Shown here piece after piece: positions 19,231 to 28,085 of a stretch of DNA of 64,000 nt. The notes under the pieces were generated by a model. It was not told the DNA's origin, did no database searches, and was given only the letters and a program-made list of their open reading frames with translations. The first letter of the stretch is position 1. Each line of letters begins with the position of its first letter. This stretch comes from Candidatus Cloacimonadales bacterium (GTDB taxonomy: Bacteria; Cloacimonadota; Cloacimonadia; Cloacimonadales; DAONDQ01): contig OY759316.1 in NCBI GenBank assembly GCA_963662275.1, positions 3,712,001 to 3,776,000 on the forward strand. The letters run 5' to 3'. The position numbers and the translations under genes are program-made.

Positions 19231-21399
19231 ATGTTATCATTCCGCGAAGTCGTCAGTAAAATTGCCTTCATACCGAAAGCGATATTGAACTCATACAGTA
19301 TTATTCTATTTTCATATAATCGCTGGATCGGTTTATTACTATTGTCCAGTACTTTTCTTGCTCCTATTGTAGGGATATCCGGATTGATTGGAGTCCTAAT
19401 CGCACTATTAACAGCAAGGTTACTAGGATTTGAACCTTGGAACTCAACCTCAGGGATCTTGTCATTCAATAGCCTTCTGACTTGCCTTGGAATCGGATTT
19501 TATTTTCCCGTCGCAAGCTATGGTCTTGGTGTGTTATATCTTTTACTTTTCATTGGATCGATATTCACATTATTGCTGTATATCACACTCGATAATTTGC
19601 TCTATGGCAAACTGAAAATACCCTCGATGAGTATGTCATTTTCCATCGTATCTATCTTTATGTGGCTGTTTTTAATGCGCATTGGACATAGTCAGCACTT
19701 GCCTCATAACCAGATGTACGTAATGAATTTCACACCTGTTGTACCTGTATTTGTGCTGAATTATTTCCAAAGTATAGGTGGTATATTCTTTCAACCCTAT
19801 TTCCTGACAGGACTATGTATCGCTGTTGCCTTGTTTTTCATTAGTCGGATAGGATTTCTACTATCAATCATTGGATATACCGTTGGGTATTTTTTCATCA
19901 TTCACTGGGGAGGTAAGGGAGCAAGCGATGTCTTTTATCCCGGTTTCAACATGATGTTGGCAGCTTTTGCGATTGGCGGAATCTTTCTTGTTCCAAGTAG
20001 AATATCCTATTTGTTAGCGATTATAGCTGCCTTCATTGGAATAGTCATTGCGTTCTCCATTGAAACATTATTTCGTGATTTCATGATTCCCCCATTTGCA
20101 TTGCCTTTCAATGTTACCGTTTATATGATAATCTATGCCTTACAATTACGTCTCAAGAATCGAAATCCCTATGTGAATGACTTTAATATACTTCACCCGG
20201 AATTAGCTTTGGAATATTACTTATCCCATATCAACCGTTTTGCCCGTTCAGGAGTTCCCCAGTTCTTCTTACCTATTACAGGTGAATGGACAGTGACCCA
20301 GGGAAATCATGGTGAAATCACACATAAATCAGATTGGGCATATGCCTGGGATTTTGAAATAATGGATCGGGAAGGTAAGAATTATCATCATCATGCCGAG
20401 GAAGTTGATGATTATTATTGTTATGGAAAAGCCGTTTATGCTTCTGCAGGTGGATACGTGGCAAAAATAGTGGATGGTATTGCAGATAATCGAATCAATC
20501 AAATCAATACCGAACAGAAATGGGGTAATTATCTGACCATACAGCACGGTATTGGTGTTTATTCACTTTACGCACATTTAAAATCGGGTAGTGTGAAATT
20601 GAAAGTCGGTGATTATATCCCGCAGGGAGAGAAAATTGCTTTGATTGGTAATTCAGGACGCTCTGCTGTACCGCATCTTCATTTTCATATCCAGACCACA
20701 TATGAAGCCGGCTCAAAAACTTTATTCAGCAATATAGCCAATTATAAGAAACGGGAAAAGGTCAGCCAATCACATTTTATCAGTTTTGGAAATCCGAAGC
20801 TAGCTGATTTGATTTCTCCCCTCATGGCAGAATTGAATTTGCAGGAAATTATGCATTTTCTGCTTTTCCAGAAATTATCCTTTGATGTTACCATTGGGAA
20901 ACGGCATTTTGAAGAAAATTGGGAAGTGGAAGTGACACTAATCGGAACATTTAATATCCACTCTGACCGGGGTAGTTATCTTGATTTCTCCGTTTACAAC
21001 GGTATATATAACGCTCTTGCATTCCGGGGTAATCGGAAAAGTGCCTTATATGCCTTCGCCTTATTGCTTTCCAGATATCCCTATGCAGAGAATCAAACGC
21101 TCGAGTGGAATGATACACCTTCATTCTCTGTAATGATGAAACCATTAATAAAACAAATTGTCTTATTGATTTCTTCTATTGGGAATCCTTTCAAATTTAA
21201 TACAAAATCAATTTCTCATTCGGAAGATAATAAACATGAAGTCGAATCTCTGACAACTGTAAGTTTTTTGGGAAAACTATTGATTAGCTACGAAGGTAGG
21301 ATTCAAATGGAAAAAAAGACTGGTATCGAGATGATCGATATTCACAAGAATGGAAAAGAATATTTACAAGCGCAAAGAATTCAGGATAAGAAATCCTGA
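19231..21399 (+). CDS. Urea-transporter-like membrane domain fused to an M23 metallopeptidase domain
   Basis: N-terminal multi-TM region with GILSFN, SIGGIFF and ALPFN urea-transporter-like motifs; then TQGNHGEITH...AWDF, WGNY, YAHLK, GNSGRSAVPHLHF (M23). Confidence 0.75.
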   Translation: MLSFREVVSKIAFIPKAILNSYSIILFSYNRWIGLLLLSSTFLAPIVGISGLIGVLIALLTARLLGFEPWNSTSGILSFNSLLTCLGIGFYFPVASYGLGVLYLLLFIGSIFTLLLYITLDNLLYGKLKIPSMSMSFSIVSIFMWLFLMRIGHSQHLPHNQMYVMNFTPVVPVFVLNYFQSIGGIFFQPYFLTGLCIAVALFFISRIGFLLSIIGYTVGYFFIIHWGGKGASDVFYPGFNMMLAAFAIGGIFLVPSRISYLLAIIAAFIGIVIAFSIETLFRDFMIPPFALPFNVTVYMIIYALQLRLKNRNPYVNDFNILHPELALEYYLSHINRFARSGVPQFFLPITGEWTVTQGNHGEITHKSDWAYAWDFEIMDREGKNYHHHAEEVDDYYCYGKAVYASAGGYVAKIVDGIADNRINQINTEQKWGNYLTIQHGIGVYSLYAHLKSGSVKLKVGDYIPQGEKIALIGNSGRSAVPHLHFHIQTTYEAGSKTLFSNIANYKKREKVSQSHFISFGNPKLADLISPLMAELNLQEIMHFLLFQKLSFDVTIGKRHFEENWEVEVTLIGTFNIHSDRGSYLDFSVYNGIYNALAFRGNRKSALYAFALLLSRYPYAENQTLEWNDTPSFSVMMKPLIKQIVLLISSIGNPFKFNTKSISHSEDNKHEVESLTTVSFLGKLLISYEGRIQMEKKTGIEMIDIHKNGKEYLQAQRIQDKKS

Positions 21400-21416
21400 T
21401 AGATTAAGGAGACATA

Positions 21417-22025
21417 ATGACTAAGATTTCTTCCATCATAATAATGGTGCTTTTCATAAGTAACATATTATTTGCTCAACCTGCAGCAACACTGCTTCAA
21501 ACATCTTATAATGCAGAAGCCGGCAATAATTTCCAGCTTGCTATTGAATCGATAAAAACCATAGAAAAAGACAACGATGCAGATCCATTTTATAAGTTGA
21601 GACTGGGATGGCTTTATTATAGCTCTGGTCAGTACCAATCTGCTTTGGATTACTATACGAAAGCATCTTCCCTTACAAATTGCCTGGAAGCTAAGGAAGG
21701 TATCATCAATTCTGCTTATTTGCTGGGAAAATGGGATAAAGTCATTGCTACCGGAAATCTGATACTAGATAAATTCCCCGATCATTATTCAGCATTAACA
21801 AAGACTGCTTATTCACAATATGTCCTTAAGAACTATGTAGCTGCTGCCAGTATTTACTATAAGTTACTGAATTATTATCAGTATAACTTGGAAATACGTG
21901 GTTATTACTTAAGCTGCCAGGTTCTTGCAGGTGATCTTGTCAATGCCAAGAGAACATTCCAACAATTGCAGCAATACAGTCCGAACAATCCTTTTATTCT
22001 TGAATATGCCAAGAAATTCCGTTGA
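21417..22025 (+). CDS. Exported tetratricopeptide repeat protein
   Basis: Signal peptide; LRLGWLYYSSGQYQSALDYY and further TPR-like helix pairs. Confidence 0.75.
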   Translation: MTKISSIIIMVLFISNILFAQPAATLLQTSYNAEAGNNFQLAIESIKTIEKDNDADPFYKLRLGWLYYSSGQYQSALDYYTKASSLTNCLEAKEGIINSAYLLGKWDKVIATGNLILDKFPDHYSALTKTAYSQYVLKNYVAAASIYYKLLNYYQYNLEIRGYYLSCQVLAGDLVNAKRTFQQLQQYSPNNPFILEYAKKFR

Positions 22026-22038
22026 TTAAGTTGAAGTA

Positions 22039-23388
22039 ATGAAATTTTCTTTGCTGCTTGTCGTGTTGTGTATTACCAGTATTTTACTTGCTCAATCTAA
22101 TGAAGCAGATGTCCAAGATAGTACCAGGTATATTCAAAACCCTGTTGAAAGTCCAGTTCAACATAATCTGCAAGCTTATGAGTTAATGATGGCTGGTCAT
22201 TATACTCTGGCACTCAAGGAATATGAAATTGCGTTAAAGCTCAATTCATCTGATTCCGTTGCCCGTGAAGGAATTCTCTGGGCTAATAATAGCCTTCATC
22301 GTTGGAAAAATACGATTACCACAGGTCAGAAATACCTGAAAAAGTTTGGTTATGATGCAAACATCGAATTATATCTTGCCTATGCATACTTTGCAAAAAC
22401 AGATTATCTACATGCCCGTCAGTGTTATCTATGGAGCTCTGAATACTTAGGCTGGTATGCAGCAAATACTTCTGGGATGGCTTGGACTTTTCGTATGTTA
22501 GGTGATCATACCAGGGAAAGGAAATTCACTCGAAAATGGGAAATGCTTGTTCCGGATTCACTGAAGGCAATTGTATCTCCCCCCCCCTATCCTCTATATC
22601 TTGGTCATGCTCAATATGCATATTCTACCTGGAATGATAACGAAAAGTCTTTTTTACAGCATTACACTCTTCGCTATCAGAATATTGCAGTTACTTGCGG
22701 AGTAGAAGATATTTGGCAGAATCATCATCTCCTAAGAACTGACTATCTTGCCTCCCTGAATTGGGAAACTCCTATAAGCAGCATGGAATGGAGAGGTAAC
22801 TGGCTGAAAGGGGATTATTCAAATTTATACCCGGCAAATTCGCATTTGATTAGTATCAGTAAACTACTTTATGTATCTAAAACACAGTTAGTTCCGGAAA
22901 TTAATGCAGGATACTCATATTATCCTGTTCTTTCGGTATCACAAATAGCCTTCAAACAATCCTATATTCGTGATTCCTGGTGGTTTAGTTATAGCCATGC
23001 TTTGATATATAAGGATTATGATAGTCCCGGTTTGGATTCCAGGAGTAATTGGGCTACCTGGGATGTTGGGACTAGGTTATTAACTAACCTAACTGTTGAT
23101 TTCTATACATCTCATGGTGATCGGACATTTTATGTGAGCAGGGAAATTGGTGTTGTTGATAACAACGTCTCAGCAAAACTGCAATATGGAGCATACTTAC
23201 AATACAATTACAGAATTTTAAATTTAGGGTGTAGTTACTCTAAATCAAAGCATAAGGATAATGAATATTCTTCAACTGTAAGTGTCAATCTCGGGATTGA
23301 TTATTCCCTGAAGGCAACGTATAACGCTGATCATGTTAAAGCTCATTCTGTAAAGCATGATGCCGAACATGCTGGAGTTAAATTCTAA
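22039..23388 (+). CDS. Exported protein with N-terminal TPRs and a probable C-terminal beta-barrel
   Basis: Signal peptide, TPR helices, aromatic-rich alternating strands, C-terminal Phe. Confidence 0.55.
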   Translation: MKFSLLLVVLCITSILLAQSNEADVQDSTRYIQNPVESPVQHNLQAYELMMAGHYTLALKEYEIALKLNSSDSVAREGILWANNSLHRWKNTITTGQKYLKKFGYDANIELYLAYAYFAKTDYLHARQCYLWSSEYLGWYAANTSGMAWTFRMLGDHTRERKFTRKWEMLVPDSLKAIVSPPPYPLYLGHAQYAYSTWNDNEKSFLQHYTLRYQNIAVTCGVEDIWQNHHLLRTDYLASLNWETPISSMEWRGNWLKGDYSNLYPANSHLISISKLLYVSKTQLVPEINAGYSYYPVLSVSQIAFKQSYIRDSWWFSYSHALIYKDYDSPGLDSRSNWATWDVGTRLLTNLTVDFYTSHGDRTFYVSREIGVVDNNVSAKLQYGAYLQYNYRILNLGCSYSKSKHKDNEYSSTVSVNLGIDYSLKATYNADHVKAHSVKHDAEHAGVKF

Positions 23389-26300
23389 TGAAAGTACGTA
23401 TCTTATTCTTTCTGTGTATCTTCTGCCTTCTCTTAGTCAGTTGCGATAAACGCCATAATAGTAAACTTCCAACCGGTATCTCTCCCTTTGATTATATTGA
23501 AAGTAACATCATTTCCGACAGTACAAATTACCTGGTTCGGAGCACAAATGATGATTCATATATTTTTATTAATAAAACAGCTATTTCCAGTAGTGTCTTG
23601 AAGAAAGGCGATTATCTTTGGTTTTCTCATACCCAGAGTTTTTCAGCCCGTGATTCCGTTGCCATTGCCGATGGGATGAGTCCTATTACAGATGCGCTTT
23701 ATTTCTATGTATATCGTGATTCCATTATGATTCCTATGCAATTCAACACAGGCATGGTCAAGCTCTTTACAAAACCTTTATCAGCTCTTTCCAATGTGAA
23801 AGTGTTGCGTTTTGATGAGAAGTATATTACTTCAGATCATGTGACAGGCATTGCTATGGATAAAGATAATGCCGTCATACCTGTTTCCAAGACAGGTTTC
23901 TTCCAATATTATCAACAGGGGGAAGTTTCCACCTCTGTGGAGTTCACAAGCAACGGTCAAAACTTTTATGCCTGGCATCCTGACTTTTCCACATTTCTTC
24001 CTGCTGATACACAATGGAATGAAAAACATCTGAAATTTACAGAACAAAGCACTTTAACATCCACGCAACAAACACAGGTGGAAACAGTCTTCCCTAGTTT
24101 CGCACAAACGGATAAGATTATTACCTATGAATTATCGGCTGCCGTTACGACAACTCTTTATCCTGAAATCAGGATGTGGAAACAGCCTGCCAAGTTTACT
24201 CCCCAAATGGTTGTATTCCAGCCCGGGACTACAAGTAGCATGTATAGCCTCGATACAGTGGATGATCTTTGGTTAGACCAGGTTACATATAAGGATATAT
24301 ACCTGAAATACCAGGGTACTTATTGCTTCGTCAGCCCTTTATCAGCACAAAACCAGATCACCATTCCTCTCGATGGCACCTTGTCTCAATTGTATTTAAA
24401 CAGGTTATATCTAGATTTGAGAGGGGTTACATTATCGAATGGAAGTCTCAACATCGATCTTTCAAATTACAGCAGAACACTTCCTGCTATATATAATGGA
24501 ACTATTTTCAATGTAACAGATCAAAAACTGCCAGTTACATTTTCTTTTATGCAAAATGGAAGTCCATTAACTGAATTACCGGATTCTCTTTGGATAGAAG
24601 TTGGTATTTCCCTTCCTTCTGGTACAGATACATCAAACCAAAAGTGGTTTGGATATCATTTGGATGATTCTTTGGAAGAATCATTGTACTATTCACTGGG
24701 TACATCTTATGATGCAACGCATTACTCAGTAGCAAATCAATATTTGTTTTTTCCCCTGGCGTTAAGTGGTTTATACTTTTTAGGATCAGATAGCAATACA
24801 TCCCAGTCTTTTACTATCCCTGTCATTCGTGAGTCGGCAATTTACCAGATACGGAATATGACTATCAGTTATGGCGGGGCAATTACGGCAAACTTGAGTC
24901 ATTATTACTTGAATCTGCAACCTCAAGTGGATTTAACACAACCCATATTCCAAGGGAAGCCATATGAGTTAAGCGGAACACAGGCTGCATTCAAGGCTGG
25001 TTTTTTCAAGAATAATGCCTGGACAGATGATGTTCCAAAAACACATCTTATCCAATATCGAAATAACAGACGAAGCCGTAGTAATCATATCCTTATTTAT
25101 AAAAATACTGATGACTGGCAAAAGACGGTTTTACTGACATCAGGTAATCAACTGGATGTAAGCCACTTTGTGCAAAGCGGAACAGATTACACGATTGGTG
25201 GCATCATGGGAGGCAATTACATCCTGACGAATGTGGATAACCTGTCTTCAGCAAGTATCGATTTTGCTCTGTACAGTCACATGTACATAGATTTTGGCTG
25301 CTTGCGAATTTCACGTGATACAGACAATGCAATTCCTTCCGATTATTATCTGCGTGCCCAGATTGATCGCTATATGCCGAGAAACGGCAGGACTTTACCT
25401 GCAATATTCCAGGGTGATATCTTTGATGTGAATGATCCCAAGATACCCGTTACGCTTTCCTATCAGCATAATGGTTCCACTGTAACCAGCCTTCCTGATT
25501 CCTTGTGGATGGAAGTGGGGATTTCACTACCATCAGGTACGGATACTACTGGACAAAGCTGGTTTGGATATCATTTGGACAGCACCATCGAAGAAGAATT
25601 CTATTCGACCCAAGCGACTTCTTATGATGCAAGTCACTATACAGTTGCAAATCAATTCCTGTATATTCCCCTTGCAGTAAGCGGTTTGTATTTTTTAGGA
25701 TCAGACAGCAACACTTCCCAGGAACATTTAATACCAGTTCTACGTGATGCGGCTTATTACCAGATGCCAAATATATCTGTCAGTTATGCAGGAGCTAAAA
25801 CAGCCGGTCTGAGTAAGTACTATTTGAATCTGCATCCGCAGGTTGATTTAACTCAGTCAATCTTTCAGAGTAAACCATATCAGTTGAGTAATACCATTGC
25901 TGCATTTCGTGCTGGGTTCTACCAGGGTAATGATGAGAATGCAACTTGGACTGAAACTGTACCCAGCAGTCACGTCATTCAATATAGAAGTTCAAGACGT
26001 AATCGCAGCAACCATATTTTAATCTACAGCAATACGGATAACTGGCAAAAAGTGTTATTGCAGAAAAATGGCAGCCAGATCGATGGAACACATTTTATGC
26101 AAAGCGGTTCAGATTATACGATTGGTGGTATTTTGGGAGGTACTTATCTATTGGCAAATGTGGATAATATAGCTGCCACTAACATCAATTTCGCTTTGTA
26201 CAGCCATATGTATCTTGATTTTGACCGAGTGAAGCTGTTTCATAGTTCTTCTGATGCTGAGCCAACAGGATACTATCTGAATACCAGGATTGACAATACA

Positions 26301-27071
26301 TTCCCTGATAGCCGAAATATCATTCAAAATCAATATCAATTACAGCAGACATCCTGGAATTACCATATTACTGCATATAATGCCACTTCACAGATTGATG
26401 CAGCCTTTTTGAAGCAGTATCAGCCTGTACTGTATTTTGCTACAACACAAAGGAACACGCCAACATTGGTGCACTTAAATCAAGACCAGGATTACCGTAT
26501 CTACACCTATCCTCAAGGTACAACACTAACTGCATATAATTATATTTCAATTAACGGATTTGAAGAAGTGATACCAAGCTACAATGGCGACTATTGCTCT
26601 TTCAGTGATTCCAGCCCACATACTGCCATCACTACGCTAATACATGCCACGACAACGGAATTAATTACTTCATTATACCAGGCACAATTTATTTTACCCG
26701 CTTTTTTTGTTAATACTGCTTTTCCAGTCGGGTATAAAATAAACCTCTCTGAAACAACAGAAGCGCCCGTGGGTACCCAGTTATTGTCCGGTTATCGCTT
26801 AATTTTTCTTGATAATAACAATAATCCTATTGATTTGAATCTTATTCAAGACTATGTGACTACGAATTACCCTTATATGTATCTGCCTTTCCCCCCAGCG
26901 AATGTTTCCAGCAACTTTCATGTACGATATATCAATGCCTTGGGAGTCAGTACTGATTATTCGAGAGTAACAAGTTTCAGCGGGACTTCCTCTACGGAGT
27001 TTATAGTAGTTGGCAATTGTGTTGTTTTGCCTGTTAATGCAAGGGGAAGATACCTGATTTCTTCTAATTAA
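23388..27071 (+). CDS. Large hypothetical lipoprotein with a ~305-aa internal duplication
   Basis: Lipobox LLVS-C; repeats begin RTLPAIYNG (24474) and RTLPAIFQG (25389); start overlaps the upstream stop. Confidence 0.7.
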   Translation: MKVRILFFLCIFCLLLVSCDKRHNSKLPTGISPFDYIESNIISDSTNYLVRSTNDDSYIFINKTAISSSVLKKGDYLWFSHTQSFSARDSVAIADGMSPITDALYFYVYRDSIMIPMQFNTGMVKLFTKPLSALSNVKVLRFDEKYITSDHVTGIAMDKDNAVIPVSKTGFFQYYQQGEVSTSVEFTSNGQNFYAWHPDFSTFLPADTQWNEKHLKFTEQSTLTSTQQTQVETVFPSFAQTDKIITYELSAAVTTTLYPEIRMWKQPAKFTPQMVVFQPGTTSSMYSLDTVDDLWLDQVTYKDIYLKYQGTYCFVSPLSAQNQITIPLDGTLSQLYLNRLYLDLRGVTLSNGSLNIDLSNYSRTLPAIYNGTIFNVTDQKLPVTFSFMQNGSPLTELPDSLWIEVGISLPSGTDTSNQKWFGYHLDDSLEESLYYSLGTSYDATHYSVANQYLFFPLALSGLYFLGSDSNTSQSFTIPVIRESAIYQIRNMTISYGGAITANLSHYYLNLQPQVDLTQPIFQGKPYELSGTQAAFKAGFFKNNAWTDDVPKTHLIQYRNNRRSRSNHILIYKNTDDWQKTVLLTSGNQLDVSHFVQSGTDYTIGGIMGGNYILTNVDNLSSASIDFALYSHMYIDFGCLRISRDTDNAIPSDYYLRAQIDRYMPRNGRTLPAIFQGDIFDVNDPKIPVTLSYQHNGSTVTSLPDSLWMEVGISLPSGTDTTGQSWFGYHLDSTIEEEFYSTQATSYDASHYTVANQFLYIPLAVSGLYFLGSDSNTSQEHLIPVLRDAAYYQMPNISVSYAGAKTAGLSKYYLNLHPQVDLTQSIFQSKPYQLSNTIAAFRAGFYQGNDENATWTETVPSSHVIQYRSSRRNRSNHILIYSNTDNWQKVLLQKNGSQIDGTHFMQSGSDYTIGGILGGTYLLANVDNIAATNINFALYSHMYLDFDRVKLFHSSSDAEPTGYYLNTRIDNTFPDSRNIIQNQYQLQQTSWNYHITAYNATSQIDAAFLKQYQPVLYFATTQRNTPTLVHLNQDQDYRIYTYPQGTTLTAYNYISINGFEEVIPSYNGDYCSFSDSSPHTAITTLIHATTTELITSLYQAQFILPAFFVNTAFPVGYKINLSETTEAPVGTQLLSGYRLIFLDNNNNPIDLNLIQDYVTTNYPYMYLPFPPANVSSNFHVRYINALGVSTDYSRVTSFSGTSSTEFIVVGNCVVLPVNARGRYLISSN

Positions 27072-27257
27072 TCATTGTAAAGCGGAACTCTGTTCCTGCT
27101 AAATCTCTGAGGACACCACTCCTGTTGAAAACGAATATCTGGAATGGTCTTTATATCTTCTCTTTCAGCAACCAAACGATACCCTATCATTATACCCGAA
27201 TAATCCTTATTCTAATCCAATTTGAAACTTGTATCATTCCAGTTTCTCGAAACAGGA

Positions 27258-27301
27258 ATGAAACTGGCATGAAACTGGTATGAAACTGGTATGAAACTGG
27301 A
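27258..27301. repeat. 11-bp tandem repeat (ATGAAACTGGN)x4
   Basis: Directly visible. Confidence 0.8.
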
Positions 27302-27463
27302 TAGAACTTGGTATAATCTTAGGGGAATATTAGTGAATTGTGACCCTTCCTGGACATAATTTATAATTGATATACATACTCATGAAGGATATGCATCTTG
27401 TCCCAAATTGCAAATGTCTGCATGAAATGTGATTTCACACAGACATCAGCTTAACAGATCGTG

Positions 27464-27712
27464 TTAAATTTCCATAAACTTGGCAGTGACATGCGGTAGA
27501 TCATTCAGCTTTTTCATAAATTCATCCACATTACAAAAATTTGCCCCCAATTGCAGAATAATCAAACCTGAAGAAGAGCATTTATCGGTTTCCACTTCAT
27601 GCAATCCCAGCCTGGTTTTGATACAGCAGCCAAATTCTGTAAGAATATTTTGCACATCAACGGCTTCAGTGTCTCTTTTTTCAATTCGAATCATGATTAA
27701 TTTGTATAACAT
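27464..27712 (-). CDS. Small ACT-like protein similar to the TM1266 iron-only hydrogenase system putative regulator
   Basis: VQNILTEFGCCIKTRLGLHE...GLIILQL pattern; GGAGG RBS. Confidence 0.6.
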   Translation of the reverse strand: MLYKLIMIRIEKRDTEAVDVQNILTEFGCCIKTRLGLHEVETDKCSSSGLIILQLGANFCNVDEFMKKLNDLPHVTAKFMEI

Positions 27713-27807
27713 AATACCTCCATACTTTTTAAAATAATAACTGCTATTGATTTCAAGTCAATTAATTAATCCTGGTTTCGATAATCTTCTATCAGTACCA
27801 GGTTTCC

Positions 27808-27915
27808 TGGGATGGAAAGGATAAGAATAAACTTGCCTGTTCCAGCAGAATATACTTCTGTTGCTTGGAAACACAGTGACAAAGAATCACAAGGAAAATG
27901 CTGCTGCTGAAGTAA
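27808..27915 (+). pseudogene. Orphan 3' end of a sorting-domain gene, paralogous to 30344-30451
   Basis: Reads WDGKDKNKLACSSRIYFCCLETQ*QRITRKMLLLK*, followed by the same GGGAACA heptamers as at 30452. Confidence 0.7.
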
Positions 27916-27940
27916 GGGAACAGGGAACAGATCCAGAAAA

Positions 27941-28050
27941 AGACCCCCCTACCCCCCTTCTCAAGGGGGGATTAGAACGGGGAGACTAAAATTAAGTTCA
28001 GATGCGACTCTCCTTACATTCCCCCCTTGAGAAGGGGGGTAGGGGGGTCT
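27941..28050. repeat. 110-bp MITE/REPIN-like element with perfect 30-bp terminal inverted repeats
   Basis: AGACCCCCCTACCCCCCTTCTCAAGGGGGG (27941-27970) and its exact reverse complement (28021-28050). Confidence 0.8.
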
Positions 28051-28085
28051 AAAGTAAGCGTTCCAATTAGAATCTTGGAGAAGAT

